A stretch of 17,895 bases of DNA from Candidatus Micrarchaeia archaeon (GCA_039794045.1 JBAMLY010000014.1:2509-20403), one strand, 5' to 3'. Positions 9,001-16,945 are shown, counted from the first letter of the stretch. The notes: generated by a model from the letters alone, not told the origin. Program-made: numbers and translations.

Positions 9001-9451
9001 TCTCACGCGTCTCGTTCGGCAAAAGCTTGCGGTCTTCCTCGTAGTAAGTCGCTGGCTTGACGAACTTTATCGTCTTCTGTTTCTCGCCGCAGTGCGGACA
9101 CTCTCCCACGTGCCTTGCCTTCTCAAGAGTGCTCGTCTCGCTCAAAAGCCTGCCGCACTTGCGGCAAGTCGCCCGCAAAAGCAAGTAAATCGTTTTAGCG
9201 AAACCAATGTGTATCACTGGACGCACTAACTCGATGTGCCCGAAGTGCCCACTGCAAGTCTTGATGCGGCCGCCGCACGTCTTACACTTCAATCCAGGAT
9301 CTATGACTCCAAGGTGTTGGTCCGCCAACCCCCCGCTTATAGGATAGCCGTCCTCGTCATAAGTGTCGGGAACCGTTATTTTGACGGCGCTCATACTGCG
9401 AATTTGTTCCGGTGAAAACAAAGAGAAAAAAATACTTTTCACTACTTCCAT
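6062..9451 (-). CDS. rpoA: DNA-directed RNA polymerase largest subunit, A'+A'' fused (Rpo1)
   Basis: Zn sites CKTC...CSGHFGH and CRKC/CPHC; NRQPSLH; catalytic YNADFDGDEMN; GYMQRRL. The same frame continues into the A'' motifs AQSIGEPGTQMT, LGIEAAR, VDVRH, RAAFEE, ENIIIGQ. Confidence 0.98.
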   Translation of the reverse strand: MEVVKSIFFSLFSPEQIRSMSAVKITVPDTYDEDGYPISGGLADQHLGVIDPGLKCKTCGGRIKTCSGHFGHIELVRPVIHIGFAKTIYLLLRATCRKCGRLLSETSTLEKARHVGECPHCGEKQKTIKFVKPATYYEEDRKLLPNETRERLERIPDDDLKKLGVSVRPENMVLTVLLVPPVTVRPSITLETGERSEDDLTHKLVDILRINQRLGENIDAGAPQLIIEDLWELLQYHVITYFDNETAGIPPARHRSGRQLKTLFQRLKGKEGRFRYNLSGKRVNFSARTVVSPDAVIGINEIGIPEAIASELTIPEGVTSWNIESLKQVIRENPQKINYIVRPDGRRKKITPANVEEVLSELAPGFVVERQLMDGDTVIFNRQPSLHRVSMMAHSAKIMPGKTFRLNVAACKPYNADFDGDEMNIHVPQNEEARAEAELLMKVEQNILSPRNGEPLVVPTLDHLSGIYLLTDDVFLSRVEACDVLYHAGVTADFKDEVVDGREVFSAILPKDFSMEAKNRGGHQVKIVNGVLKEGYVDDRVIDKIAREIFAELGAAEARKFIDAATRLSSRFVTLAGLSLSLADYELSEEGRSQIRELYRHGRNKVRELVEKFRNGKLERKPGKSLRETLEELVMNVVEGVRNDCNEVVLKHVRKTVIDFNGKTRHLNPAVVMARSKARGSLINIVQMCGLVGQQAIRGRRMRAGYERRILPHQKKGDLSDSARGFVSSAFTHGLSPFEYFFHAAGGRDAVVDKGVNPAKTGYMQRRLINALQDVTVAEDLSVRDAEGNVIQFKYGDDGVDPSNNKSIAYGEPVGVVAAQSIGEPGTQMTLRTFHYAGVLSLAQLGFTRLVEIVDARKTPKNPVMEVYLKKEYAKDYAKVRRIAASIEEVRLEKVAEVKEDFDKRVIRIDFDEEALKEYGLSADEILKKIKGVASCEKTARGVAIKPQVDTLKNIRKITNKLKELSLRGIKGISRAIIIERDGEYVIATEGSNLEEVFKVPEVEPYRTTTNDIAEINKVLGIEAARNAIISEIVKVLEAQDIDVDVRHVMLIADAMTFKGSLKSMGRHGLAGEKASVLARAAFEETAKHLINACVKGEEDPLKGVAENIIIGQTIPCGTGQVELEMEIE

Positions 9452-9462
9452 TTCTTACCGCC

Positions 9463-11295
9463 TCAACCCTGCGCGCGCAGCGAAAGCTTAGGAAATATTC
9501 CTATGCTCTTCATTTCATCCAACAATAACTTGAACGCGTAACTCATTTCAACTTCCGAGACGCTGGAACTGCCACACAACGGACAATAACGGCGGTTCTT
9601 GACTTTGTCGTGCACTGCCAGCGAACCACAAGAGTTGCAGACTAACTCTATAGTCTTGTCCGCCGAGTCCAGCATGCGTTCCTTCAACAATGAAGCCGCG
9701 CCATAGCCAATAAAGCAGTCGCGCTCCATTTCTCCAAGCCTCAAACCGCCTTCCCTCGCGCGCCCCTCTGTCGGCTGGTGCGTAAGCATTTGAACCGGGC
9801 CACGCGAGCGCGCGTGCATTTTAAGCGAAACCAAGTGATGCAGTCTCTGGTAGTAAATCACGCCAATGTAAATTTTTGCCTTCAAGGGAATGCCAGTTAC
9901 CGCGTCGTAAAGCGTTTCAGTTCCAGTCAAGCGGAAGCCGTTCTCGTGCAACACTTTCTCGAAGTCTTCCTGCGTCTCGCCGCGGAACGCCGTGCCATCC
10001 TTTATTCTTCCGTCGAGCGCGGCAGCCTTGCCAGCAAGCATTTCAAGCAAGTGCCCCGCAGTCATGCGCCCCGGAATCGCGTGCGTGTTTATTATCAAGT
10101 CTGGAACGATTCCGTCGCGAGTGAAAGGCAAGTCTTCTTGTTCGGCAAGCAAGGCCACAACTCCTTTTTGGCCGAAGCGGGAAGCAAACTTGTCTCCAAT
10201 CTCTGGAATGTTGAGCGTGCGAACGCGGACTTTAATGAATCGGTTTCCAGCGAGAGTCTCGCTCAACATGACTGCGTCAACCACTCCGCTCTCGTTGCCT
10301 CGCACGGTAACGCTTGCCTCGCGGCGTTTTTCGCTCTCGATCTCGAAAGCACTTATTTCTTTGAGGAAGCGGGGCGGCGAAGTTTTTCCGACGAGCACCG
10401 AGTTTGGTCCCACAAGAGTTTCAGGCGAAATAAAGCCGTTCTCGTCCAACTGGCTGTAAGCCTCGGGACCCAAGTAACCTTGCACGAACTCTTCCGGCAC
10501 TTGGTACTTGTCCTTCTGGCCGCCTGGATAGCGGCCTTCCTCGTCAGCGTAAGTGCGAATGAATACGCTGCGCGCCAAACCCCTCTCAACTGATGCTTTG
10601 TTTAATATGATGGCGTCGTTCAAGTTGAAGCCATTATAAGACAGTACTGCCACAACCATGTTTTGCCCGCTTGGGCGCTTGAAGTTGCCGAGAGTCTCGT
10701 AAATCGAGGTAGTGACGAGTGGACGGTGGGGGTAAAACAAGATGTAGCCGCGCGTCTCGCTCCTGTAATTAAAGTTTGCCGCGTACAAGCCCAGCGACTG
10801 CTTCGTGTGCTGGGCGGCCATTAAAACCCTGGCCGAAGAATTGTATTCAGGAAAGGGATTCTGGGAAGAAGCAACGCCGAGCATTGAAACAGGGTCTATT
10901 TCAAGGTGAGTGTATTTTTCCTCGTTCTTGCCGCTGGCTTTCTCTAAGTCTTCGGGGTTCAAGGCAACGAAGGCGTTCTCTTCTTCTTCAGCGTCCAAGT
11001 ACTCTATTACTCCTTGCTTGACTAAGTCATTCCAAGAAAGTTCTCCTTTCTTTAGCGCTTCCAAGTGCTTTTCAGTCAAGAGCGGCTTGTTGTTCTTCAC
11101 CACGATCAACGGCCTGCGAGGGCGCCCGTCGTCAGTGTTAATGAAGACTTCGTTTGTGCGCGCATAGAAAGCAACATTCGTTTGCCCGTCTATTTCGCCG
11201 GCGCGCCGTTTCTCGCGAATTTCTTTGGCGAGCTTATCGCCGTCTTCAGCGAAGCCAACAAACCTTCCATTCAAGTAAACGCTTGCTTTCTCCAT
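9463..11295 (-). CDS. rpoB1: DNA-directed RNA polymerase subunit B' (Rpo2C)
   Basis: YLDAEEEE, GKTSPPRF, GDKFASR.GQKG, QPTEGRAREGGLRLGEMERD, C-terminal Zn ribbon CNSC/CPLC. Likely ATG at 11295 after GTGA; alternative GTG at 11304 overlaps the B'' stop. Confidence 0.97.
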   Translation of the reverse strand: MEKASVYLNGRFVGFAEDGDKLAKEIREKRRAGEIDGQTNVAFYARTNEVFINTDDGRPRRPLIVVKNNKPLLTEKHLEALKKGELSWNDLVKQGVIEYLDAEEEENAFVALNPEDLEKASGKNEEKYTHLEIDPVSMLGVASSQNPFPEYNSSARVLMAAQHTKQSLGLYAANFNYRSETRGYILFYPHRPLVTTSIYETLGNFKRPSGQNMVVAVLSYNGFNLNDAIILNKASVERGLARSVFIRTYADEEGRYPGGQKDKYQVPEEFVQGYLGPEAYSQLDENGFISPETLVGPNSVLVGKTSPPRFLKEISAFEIESEKRREASVTVRGNESGVVDAVMLSETLAGNRFIKVRVRTLNIPEIGDKFASRFGQKGVVALLAEQEDLPFTRDGIVPDLIINTHAIPGRMTAGHLLEMLAGKAAALDGRIKDGTAFRGETQEDFEKVLHENGFRLTGTETLYDAVTGIPLKAKIYIGVIYYQRLHHLVSLKMHARSRGPVQMLTHQPTEGRAREGGLRLGEMERDCFIGYGAASLLKERMLDSADKTIELVCNSCGSLAVHDKVKNRRYCPLCGSSSVSEVEMSYAFKLLLDEMKSIGIFPKLSLRAQG

Positions 11296-11300
11296 TCCAA

Positions 11301-12767
11301 TCACGCCTTCATGCTCACACCAAGTTTTTTCAGCACTGGCTCCAAAGCCTTTTCTTCAACACCAGAAGTTATCTCGCAGAACAGCGCCAGGTTCTTGACG
11401 AGGCCGCAGTTCGGTCCCTCCGGAGTCTCGTTGGGATCCAGCCTACCAAAGTGCGTGCCATTCAAGTCGCGCGCCTTGTGGTGAGGATGTTTTTTGGCGA
11501 GCGGCGAAGTAACGCGGCGCAAGAACGAAAGACTGGAAATAAAGTTGTAGCGGTCAAGCGGCTGGCACACGCCAGTGTAGCCGCCAACCCAGTTGCCGGT
11601 AGCCAAAGAGTACTTAATGCGCTCGCTTAAAGCGTCAGGACGCACTACCACTGTCATGCTCATCTTGCGCCCGCGCACGTTAGCGCGCTCTATCTGGTAA
11701 CTAATGTCTTTGACTAGAAACTGGAAAGCATACCTGAACAACTCGCTCATGAGCTTGCCCGCAATCTTGAGGCGCTTGTTGGCGTAGTGGTCCTTGTCCT
11801 CCACTCTCCGCTTCTTGTAAGCAACGAGAATGCAGCGCTCAGCCATTCTACACAAAAAGTACGCTTTGGCGAGGCGCGCTTCCTCTTCCACGCCAATGTG
11901 AGGGAACAAGTAGTGGTCCAACAACAACTCAGCGCGCTTGACTTGGTATTCTACTGGCTGGCCCGGCGCAGCGCGCTTGCCAATCGTTTCAAGGGCTTCG
12001 CGCTTGTTCTTGGTCTCGTCAGCCTCCAAATTCAACAAAACATCGTTTTGAACTTCTACGTCGGGAGAAAAAGCCTCCAAAATCTTTTCGTTCTTTTCCA
12101 AGCCGAGAGCGCGCAACAACAAAACTAGTTCCAAGGACTTGCTATAAGAAGGCATTGAAGCCGAAAGCCTGCCTTCCACCGTGCGGTCAACAGTGCAACG
12201 CCCACGGAAGCCAAGGCGAGTAGAAAAAATTTTGGCGCTAGTAACCCCCTTGTCTTTGTCGCGGCTCACGAGAATGCGGTTGGGAGCTAAGTCCTCCATC
12301 GTCATCAAAGTCTTTTCAGTGCCATTGATTATGAAATAACCACCAACGTCTTGCGGGTCCTCCCCCAATTCCACGAGCTCTTGAGGAGTCTTGCCGTGCA
12401 AGTAACACAAATTACTTTTAGTCATGACGGGAAGCTCGCCAACGTAAATGTCTTCCGTCTTCTTTTCAACGCCGTTCAAGACTATAGTCATTTCCAGGAA
12501 GAGAGGAGCCGTATAAGAAATGTCGCGCAAGCGCGCCTCCATTGGGTAAAGCGGGCGCCGCGAGCCGTCAGCCTCGGTAATCATTGGCCTCTCGACGCGA
12601 ATCTTGCCAAGCTTTATCACGAGGCCCTCTATCTGTGGTTCTATCACGCGCTGCGAGTCAACCACTTCCTGGAGCCCCGTGGCAACGAACTTATTGTAAG
12701 AATCAAGGTATTGCTTCACCAAAGAATTCTGCAAGAGATATTGACGTGTAAGTTCCGGGAAAGCCAT
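11301..12767 (-). CDS. rpoB2: DNA-directed RNA polymerase subunit B'' (Rpo2N)
   Basis: PMEARLRDISY, GGYFIINGTEK, DKDHYANKRL, LATGNW, ETPEGPNCGLVKNLA; AAGGTG SD upstream. Confidence 0.97.
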   Translation of the reverse strand: MAFPELTRQYLLQNSLVKQYLDSYNKFVATGLQEVVDSQRVIEPQIEGLVIKLGKIRVERPMITEADGSRRPLYPMEARLRDISYTAPLFLEMTIVLNGVEKKTEDIYVGELPVMTKSNLCYLHGKTPQELVELGEDPQDVGGYFIINGTEKTLMTMEDLAPNRILVSRDKDKGVTSAKIFSTRLGFRGRCTVDRTVEGRLSASMPSYSKSLELVLLLRALGLEKNEKILEAFSPDVEVQNDVLLNLEADETKNKREALETIGKRAAPGQPVEYQVKRAELLLDHYLFPHIGVEEEARLAKAYFLCRMAERCILVAYKKRRVEDKDHYANKRLKIAGKLMSELFRYAFQFLVKDISYQIERANVRGRKMSMTVVVRPDALSERIKYSLATGNWVGGYTGVCQPLDRYNFISSLSFLRRVTSPLAKKHPHHKARDLNGTHFGRLDPNETPEGPNCGLVKNLALFCEITSGVEEKALEPVLKKLGVSMKA

Positions 12768-12812
12768 GCTTGCACCTTCTCAACACGCGCGCTCGCCACA
12801 GTAAGCCACGCG

Positions 12813-13061
12813 TTAATCTACCACGAGACGGTAATAAAGGGCGTCCTTGCCAGTGGCAGGACTAACCCTAGTAATTTTTATTACGTCGCCAACTTTAGGG
12901 CCGAGAGGAATCAAAGACGGGTCAGTAACACGAATTTTCGGCAGCTTGTCCAACGTCAAACCATAGTCGCTCAAAAGCTTCTTGACTTCCTCTCCAGAAG
13001 CAACCTGCATGCGTGGAACTAAAACGTGGACAGTAGGGTAAGATTCGTGGCTCTCAGGCAT
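12813..13061 (-). CDS. rpoH: DNA-directed RNA polymerase subunit H (Rpo5)
   Basis: HVLVP, LPKI...DP, GDVIKITR.S...G...YYRLV; canonical first position in the rpoH-B-A operon. Confidence 0.96.
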   Translation of the reverse strand: MPESHESYPTVHVLVPRMQVASGEEVKKLLSDYGLTLDKLPKIRVTDPSLIPLGPKVGDVIKITRVSPATGKDALYYRLVVD

Positions 13062-13120
13062 CCTAAATCACAGAATCCGACAAATTACCGGCTCGCAGTT
13101 AATACTTATCCCTCAAACTA

Positions 13121-13136
13121 TTTTTAAACCTATCGC
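13121..13136 (-). promoter_or_regulatory. Putative BRE/TATA promoter of the RNA polymerase operon
   Basis: Minus strand GCGATAGG-TTTAAAAA about 60 nt upstream of the rpoH ATG; GTGA SD just before the start. Confidence 0.55.
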
Positions 13137-13144
13137 TTTAAAGC

Positions 13145-13158
13145 AAAAAAAAAGAAAA
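13145..13158 (-). terminator. Oligo-T terminator after the Yip1 gene
   Basis: Minus strand TTTTCTTTTTTTTT starting about 24 nt after the stop at 13182. Confidence 0.5.
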
Positions 13159-13181
13159 CTGTGAGAAGCGCTTTCCTGTCT

Positions 13182-13841
13182 TCACGCACGCCAGAAAGCA
13201 TTGCCCGGCCCGCCAGCGCCCGAAAATCCGCCCAAGCCGGGCAAGACACCAAATCGAATGCCGAACAACGCGAAAACCAAATCCAACACAGCGACTACCA
13301 CCAACGAGGCAATGCCGGAAACCACGAGCGCTATCACTGCATTGACCCAGTTAAAACCATAAACTTCTTTCAAGGCAAGCAAGGCCAAGTAAAAGCCGTA
13401 AAGGCAAAGCAAAAAAACAAGCAAATTACCAACGACTGGCACCAGCGAAAACACGCCACCGACTACCATGATCGGCGCGCAAAACAAGGCGAACACGTAA
13501 GCAACAACGTCAAAGCTTCCCCCCTTGCCTTTCAAAAAAACCGCTGTCTTGTCGACCACGAAGCAAGCAACGACGAACCCAACAATTGAAGTCACTACCG
13601 AAACCACTACCGCTGAAGCCACGAAACCCAACGCACTCAAAGCACTTCCAGCCACAAGCGCTCCACCAAACGCTCCACGACTCAAGAAAAAGAACGCCGC
13701 AAACCCAGCCAGCACCCCGTAAACGAGTGAAGCAACGCCCACCATCTTAACGCCTTCCACTAAGTCCGCCTTCCCTTTCGCGGCAGCAAAGGCTTCTTCT
13801 GGCTTCAACAAAGCGCTCTTCCACAATTCAATCCAATCCAT
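13182..13841 (-). CDS. YIP1-family multi-pass membrane protein
   Basis: WKSALLKPEEAF N-terminal Yip1 signature; about five TM segments; LKEVYGFNWVNA motif. ATG at 13841 follows an AGGTGG SD (the listed ORF starts at 13862). Confidence 0.85.
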   Translation of the reverse strand: MDWIELWKSALLKPEEAFAAAKGKADLVEGVKMVGVASLVYGVLAGFAAFFFLSRGAFGGALVAGSALSALGFVASAVVVSVVTSIVGFVVACFVVDKTAVFLKGKGGSFDVVAYVFALFCAPIMVVGGVFSLVPVVGNLLVFLLCLYGFYLALLALKEVYGFNWVNAVIALVVSGIASLVVVAVLDLVFALFGIRFGVLPGLGGFSGAGGPGNAFWRA

Positions 13842-13954
13842 TAAAAACCACCTTTTAAACACAAAAACAACTCAATTAAAAACCTTTTTCCCGCAAAGCA
13901 AGGCCGAAAACCAAACCAAAAACATTAATTAAAAGCGAGCGCGTAACCCACTTA

Positions 13955-14521
13955 ATGATGTTATCCGACGACGGAATCAAGAAAGCCGTCAAGAAACGCG
14001 AGCTCGAAATCATTCCCTACTACGACTACGCCCTCCTCCCTTCAGCGTACGTCATGCACCTCGGCAAAAACTTTTTGCGTCCAGCGCGCGGTAAGACAAT
14101 CGACGCAGTACACGGGCCCACCGAAAAATACTACAAGCCATTCTCCATAACAGACGCAAAGCCACTACGCTTGAAACCAGGAGAGTTCGTGCTCGGCGAA
14201 ACCATGGAAAAAATTCGACTCTCCAACAAACTCGGCTTAATGATTGAAGGCGTGAGCGCGTTGGGACGCTTGGGCGTCACCGCCGTAATGACTGCCATGC
14301 TCGTCGACTCAGGGCACGGCTGGTTCAAGCCGCGAGCGATAACCCTCGAAATAAAAAACCAGGGCCCCAACACGATAATCTTGCGCCCAGGAATGAAGTT
14401 CTGCCGCTGCGTCTTCTTCCGCCTCGAAACGCCTGCCACGTTCTACAGCGACGCAAAAAGCAAGTACGCCTTCCAAGAAGGAGTAGGCGCGCCCAAGCCC
14501 TTGAACGAATTCGGAGTGTAA
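13955..14521 (+). CDS. dcd: dCTP deaminase family protein (trimeric dUTPase fold), divergent
   Basis: MLSD.GI, LKPGEFVLGETME.I.L, EG.S.LGRLG, ITLEIKN.GP..I.L.PGM, C-terminal SKY..Q.G; TTAATTAAAA about 25 nt upstream suggests a leaderless mRNA. Confidence 0.85.
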   Translation: MMLSDDGIKKAVKKRELEIIPYYDYALLPSAYVMHLGKNFLRPARGKTIDAVHGPTEKYYKPFSITDAKPLRLKPGEFVLGETMEKIRLSNKLGLMIEGVSALGRLGVTAVMTAMLVDSGHGWFKPRAITLEIKNQGPNTIILRPGMKFCRCVFFRLETPATFYSDAKSKYAFQEGVGAPKPLNEFGV

Positions 14522-14530
14522 AACCCGGCC

Positions 14531-14908
14531 TTACTTGAACCACTTGCGCGCGACTTCCTCTGAATACCATTGACGCAAAAGCTTTTCAGGCTCCACGCGC
14601 CCCACGAACTCAATCTTTACTGGGAAACCATGGTCCGTCTTGTGACCCATCCAAACTATTGCGCCCTGCCTCCTCTTATGAAGACCCCGCTCTTCAAGCA
14701 ATGCAATCAAACGCGCCACTTTCTCTTTGCTCTCAACAAAGCCAGCCAAGGAAGCCGACTTGAGTTCCTCCGGCCGCACAACAGGCAACAACGTCTTAAT
14801 AGTCGGAAAAGCAGTCTGGTGAATTGGCTTGCCAGTAATTTCCTGCGCGCGCTTGTCTGGCACTACCAGTTTTTCTTTCAGAATCTGGTTAACAGCAACC
14901 AAAACCAC
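14531..14908 (-). CDS. Hypothetical protein (about 125 aa)
   Basis: Fills the gap between dcd and the HD gene; GGGGTG SD before the GTG at 14908; natural-looking composition; no family recognised. Confidence 0.65.
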   Translation of the reverse strand: MVLVAVNQILKEKLVVPDKRAQEITGKPIHQTAFPTIKTLLPVVRPEELKSASLAGFVESKEKVARLIALLEERGLHKRRQGAIVWMGHKTDHGFPVKIEFVGRVEPEKLLRQWYSEEVARKWFK

Positions 14909-14987
14909 GAAAAACACCCCCCAAACATAGGCGAGAAAGTAGTATTAAAAATAAGCGCAAACAAAATAATACTCCCAAAGGAAGGCA

Positions 14988-15644
14988 GTGAAACAACCAA
15001 TGCAAGACAGCGAAAGCTCACTAGAAGAAATCTGGAAGCAAAGAAAAAAAGAGTTACCTACAGAAAGCAAGCTCTCGGAAAACACGGAGCACTTGCTTGG
15101 CTTACTTAAAAACCACTGCCTCGAAGCCTACCAGCACTCCCTGCGCGTCGCCCTCCTCGCCGACGAGCTCGCCACAAGAGAAGGAATGCAGGACGCCAAA
15201 CCCGCCTTCTACGGAGGCTCCCTCCACGACTGCGGAAAACTAATGCTTCCCGCCTCCCTCTTGAACGCCCCCCAAATCAACAACCACGCATACAAAGAAA
15301 TAAAGAAACACGCGGAATACGGCTACAAAATGCTGGCAGAAAAACACCCCGTCTGCGCAATGATCGCGGGAAGCCACCACCGAATCGCGCGCGGCGGCTA
15401 CGGCTTGCAACCCCACGAAGCAAAACTGCCTTTCTCGCTTCACAGCAAGCCAACCATAATGCAGGCAGCAATCACGGTAGCACTAGCAGACTACTTTGAC
15501 GCAGCCATGACGCGAAGAAAAGCTGAAGGCACTCAAATAAAAGCCGAGATGGAACACGCCTTCAACCGCCATGCAAAAAAAATTCCGTTGCTGTTCGCAA
15601 GCGACTACGCGCACTTGTTCTACTACAGGGGCATAAAACACTAA
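14988..15644 (+). CDS. Stand-alone HD-GYP-like metal-dependent phosphohydrolase
   Basis: HSLRVA, LHDCGK, KKHAEYGY, HHRIARGGYG (at the HHE..DG.GYP position), ADYFDAAMTRR. Start could be GTG 14988 or ATG 15000. Confidence 0.85.
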   Translation: MKQPMQDSESSLEEIWKQRKKELPTESKLSENTEHLLGLLKNHCLEAYQHSLRVALLADELATREGMQDAKPAFYGGSLHDCGKLMLPASLLNAPQINNHAYKEIKKHAEYGYKMLAEKHPVCAMIAGSHHRIARGGYGLQPHEAKLPFSLHSKPTIMQAAITVALADYFDAAMTRRKAEGTQIKAEMEHAFNRHAKKIPLLFASDYAHLFYYRGIKH

Positions 15645-15736
15645 ACAACTTAAAAAACAAGCAGTTTGCCGTCTTCGCCCCCGCCACGCCAGCCAGAAAC
15701 TACAATTAATAAATTAAGCGCGGCACTCCTTCTTGC

Positions 15737-16936
15737 ATGCAACAAACACTAGAACGCAAGCTAACTCTCACAGACGCCACTTTCTTCGAAGTCGGAGGCA
15801 TAATTGGCGCGGGAGTGTTCGTGCTAATAGGCCTAGCGACTGGAATGAGTGGCCCCGCCATAGTGCTCGCAGTAGCGCTCGCTGGCTTCGTCTCGTTCGT
15901 CACCGCCCTCAGCTACGCGGAAATCAGTTCCGCCATTCCAGCCGAAGGCGGAGAATACGAGTACGCATATCGCCTTGTATCACCAGCGGCAGGCAACGCA
16001 GTCGGCCTCGGCTGGCTCGCCGCAGACATTACTTCCAGCGCCGTCGTAAGCATCGGCTTCGCCAGCTACTTCACCGCAGTCTTCCCACAAGTTCCCACCA
16101 AGATTGCAGCGTGCGGCGCCGTAGCACTCGTAACCACGCTCAACCTCCTCGGAGTAAAGCTGAGCGCGCGCGCCAACAACGTGATCTCCACAGTAAAAAT
16201 TGCAGTCCTCGCGTTCTTCATCGTTTTCGCGCTCGCGCACTTCAACCCAAGCAATTTCTCGCCCCTCGCCCCAAAAGGAGTTGCTGGAATAACTTCTGCT
16301 GCGGCGTTGTTCTTCTTCGCGTTCTCGGGCTTCGGCAAGATAACGCGCTTAAGCGAAGAAGTAAGAGACGCCGAACGCACGCTCCCAAAATCAATAATTG
16401 CCGCGCTCGCGCTATGCACCCTGCTTTACATCATGACTGCAGTAGCTCTCGTCGGCGCCGTAGGCTGGGCTTCCGCTTCTTCAACGAACTCGCCGCTTGC
16501 TTCCGCGCTCGCTCAACTCGGCGCGCCAGGACCAGCGCTTGTAGTAACAGCCGGAGCCCTCGCCGCCACTTTCAGCGTGCTATTAACAAACAACGCTGGA
16601 ATCTCGCGCATAATATTCGCGTTCGGGCGAAGGCACAAGAAAGCCGCTTCGTTGAGCGAGTTGCACTCCTGGTTTAAAACGCCGTGGAAAGCAGTCCTAC
16701 TCGCAGGCGCCGCCACAACCGCAATCGTTTCATTCGTGGAAATGCAGGGCATAGCCACCATCGCAAGCTTCCTGTTCCTCGTTTACTACGCAGCAATTAA
16801 CTCGATAGCTATTGCCGCGCGCGGACGCGAAAACTGGAAGCCGCGCTTTCGCACGCCGTTCTTTCCCCTCTTTCCAGTGCTCGGCATAATTTCTTGCGCG
16901 CTGCTCTTGGCGGGACTAGTTTTAAGCACGCAATAA
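15737..16936 (+). CDS. APC-family amino acid permease
   Basis: GGIIGAGVF, ALSYAEISSAIP.EGG.Y, FFAFSGF, SEEVRD.ERT.P, SRIIFA, TP..A; about 11-12 TM segments. Confidence 0.93.
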   Translation: MQQTLERKLTLTDATFFEVGGIIGAGVFVLIGLATGMSGPAIVLAVALAGFVSFVTALSYAEISSAIPAEGGEYEYAYRLVSPAAGNAVGLGWLAADITSSAVVSIGFASYFTAVFPQVPTKIAACGAVALVTTLNLLGVKLSARANNVISTVKIAVLAFFIVFALAHFNPSNFSPLAPKGVAGITSAAALFFFAFSGFGKITRLSEEVRDAERTLPKSIIAALALCTLLYIMTAVALVGAVGWASASSTNSPLASALAQLGAPGPALVVTAGALAATFSVLLTNNAGISRIIFAFGRRHKKAASLSELHSWFKTPWKAVLLAGAATTAIVSFVEMQGIATIASFLFLVYYAAINSIAIAARGRENWKPRFRTPFFPLFPVLGIISCALLLAGLVLSTQ

Positions 16937-16945
16937 AAAAAGGAG

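Noticed and set aside
6062..12767. Inteins, frameshifts or pseudogenisation in the RNAP genes
   Set aside because: All frames are continuous and short rather than long; NADFDGD and the zinc sites are intact; the B''/B' split falls where it does in other split-B archaea.
6126..13022. Many + strand ORFs antisense to the RNAP genes (up to 271 aa)
   Set aside because: Shadow frames of conserved genes; no motifs or start signals.
13955..15644. dcd plus HD protein as a nucleotide-depleting antiviral operon
   Set aside because: They are separated by an opposite-strand gene; known defensive dCTP deaminases have a zinc-dependent CDA fold, not this trimeric fold; no other defence genes are nearby.
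15733..16677. 314-aa Arg-rich ORF overlapping the permease; similarly 13161..13589 and 14570..15109
   Set aside because: Alternate-frame or antisense by-products of codon bias over well-supported genes.
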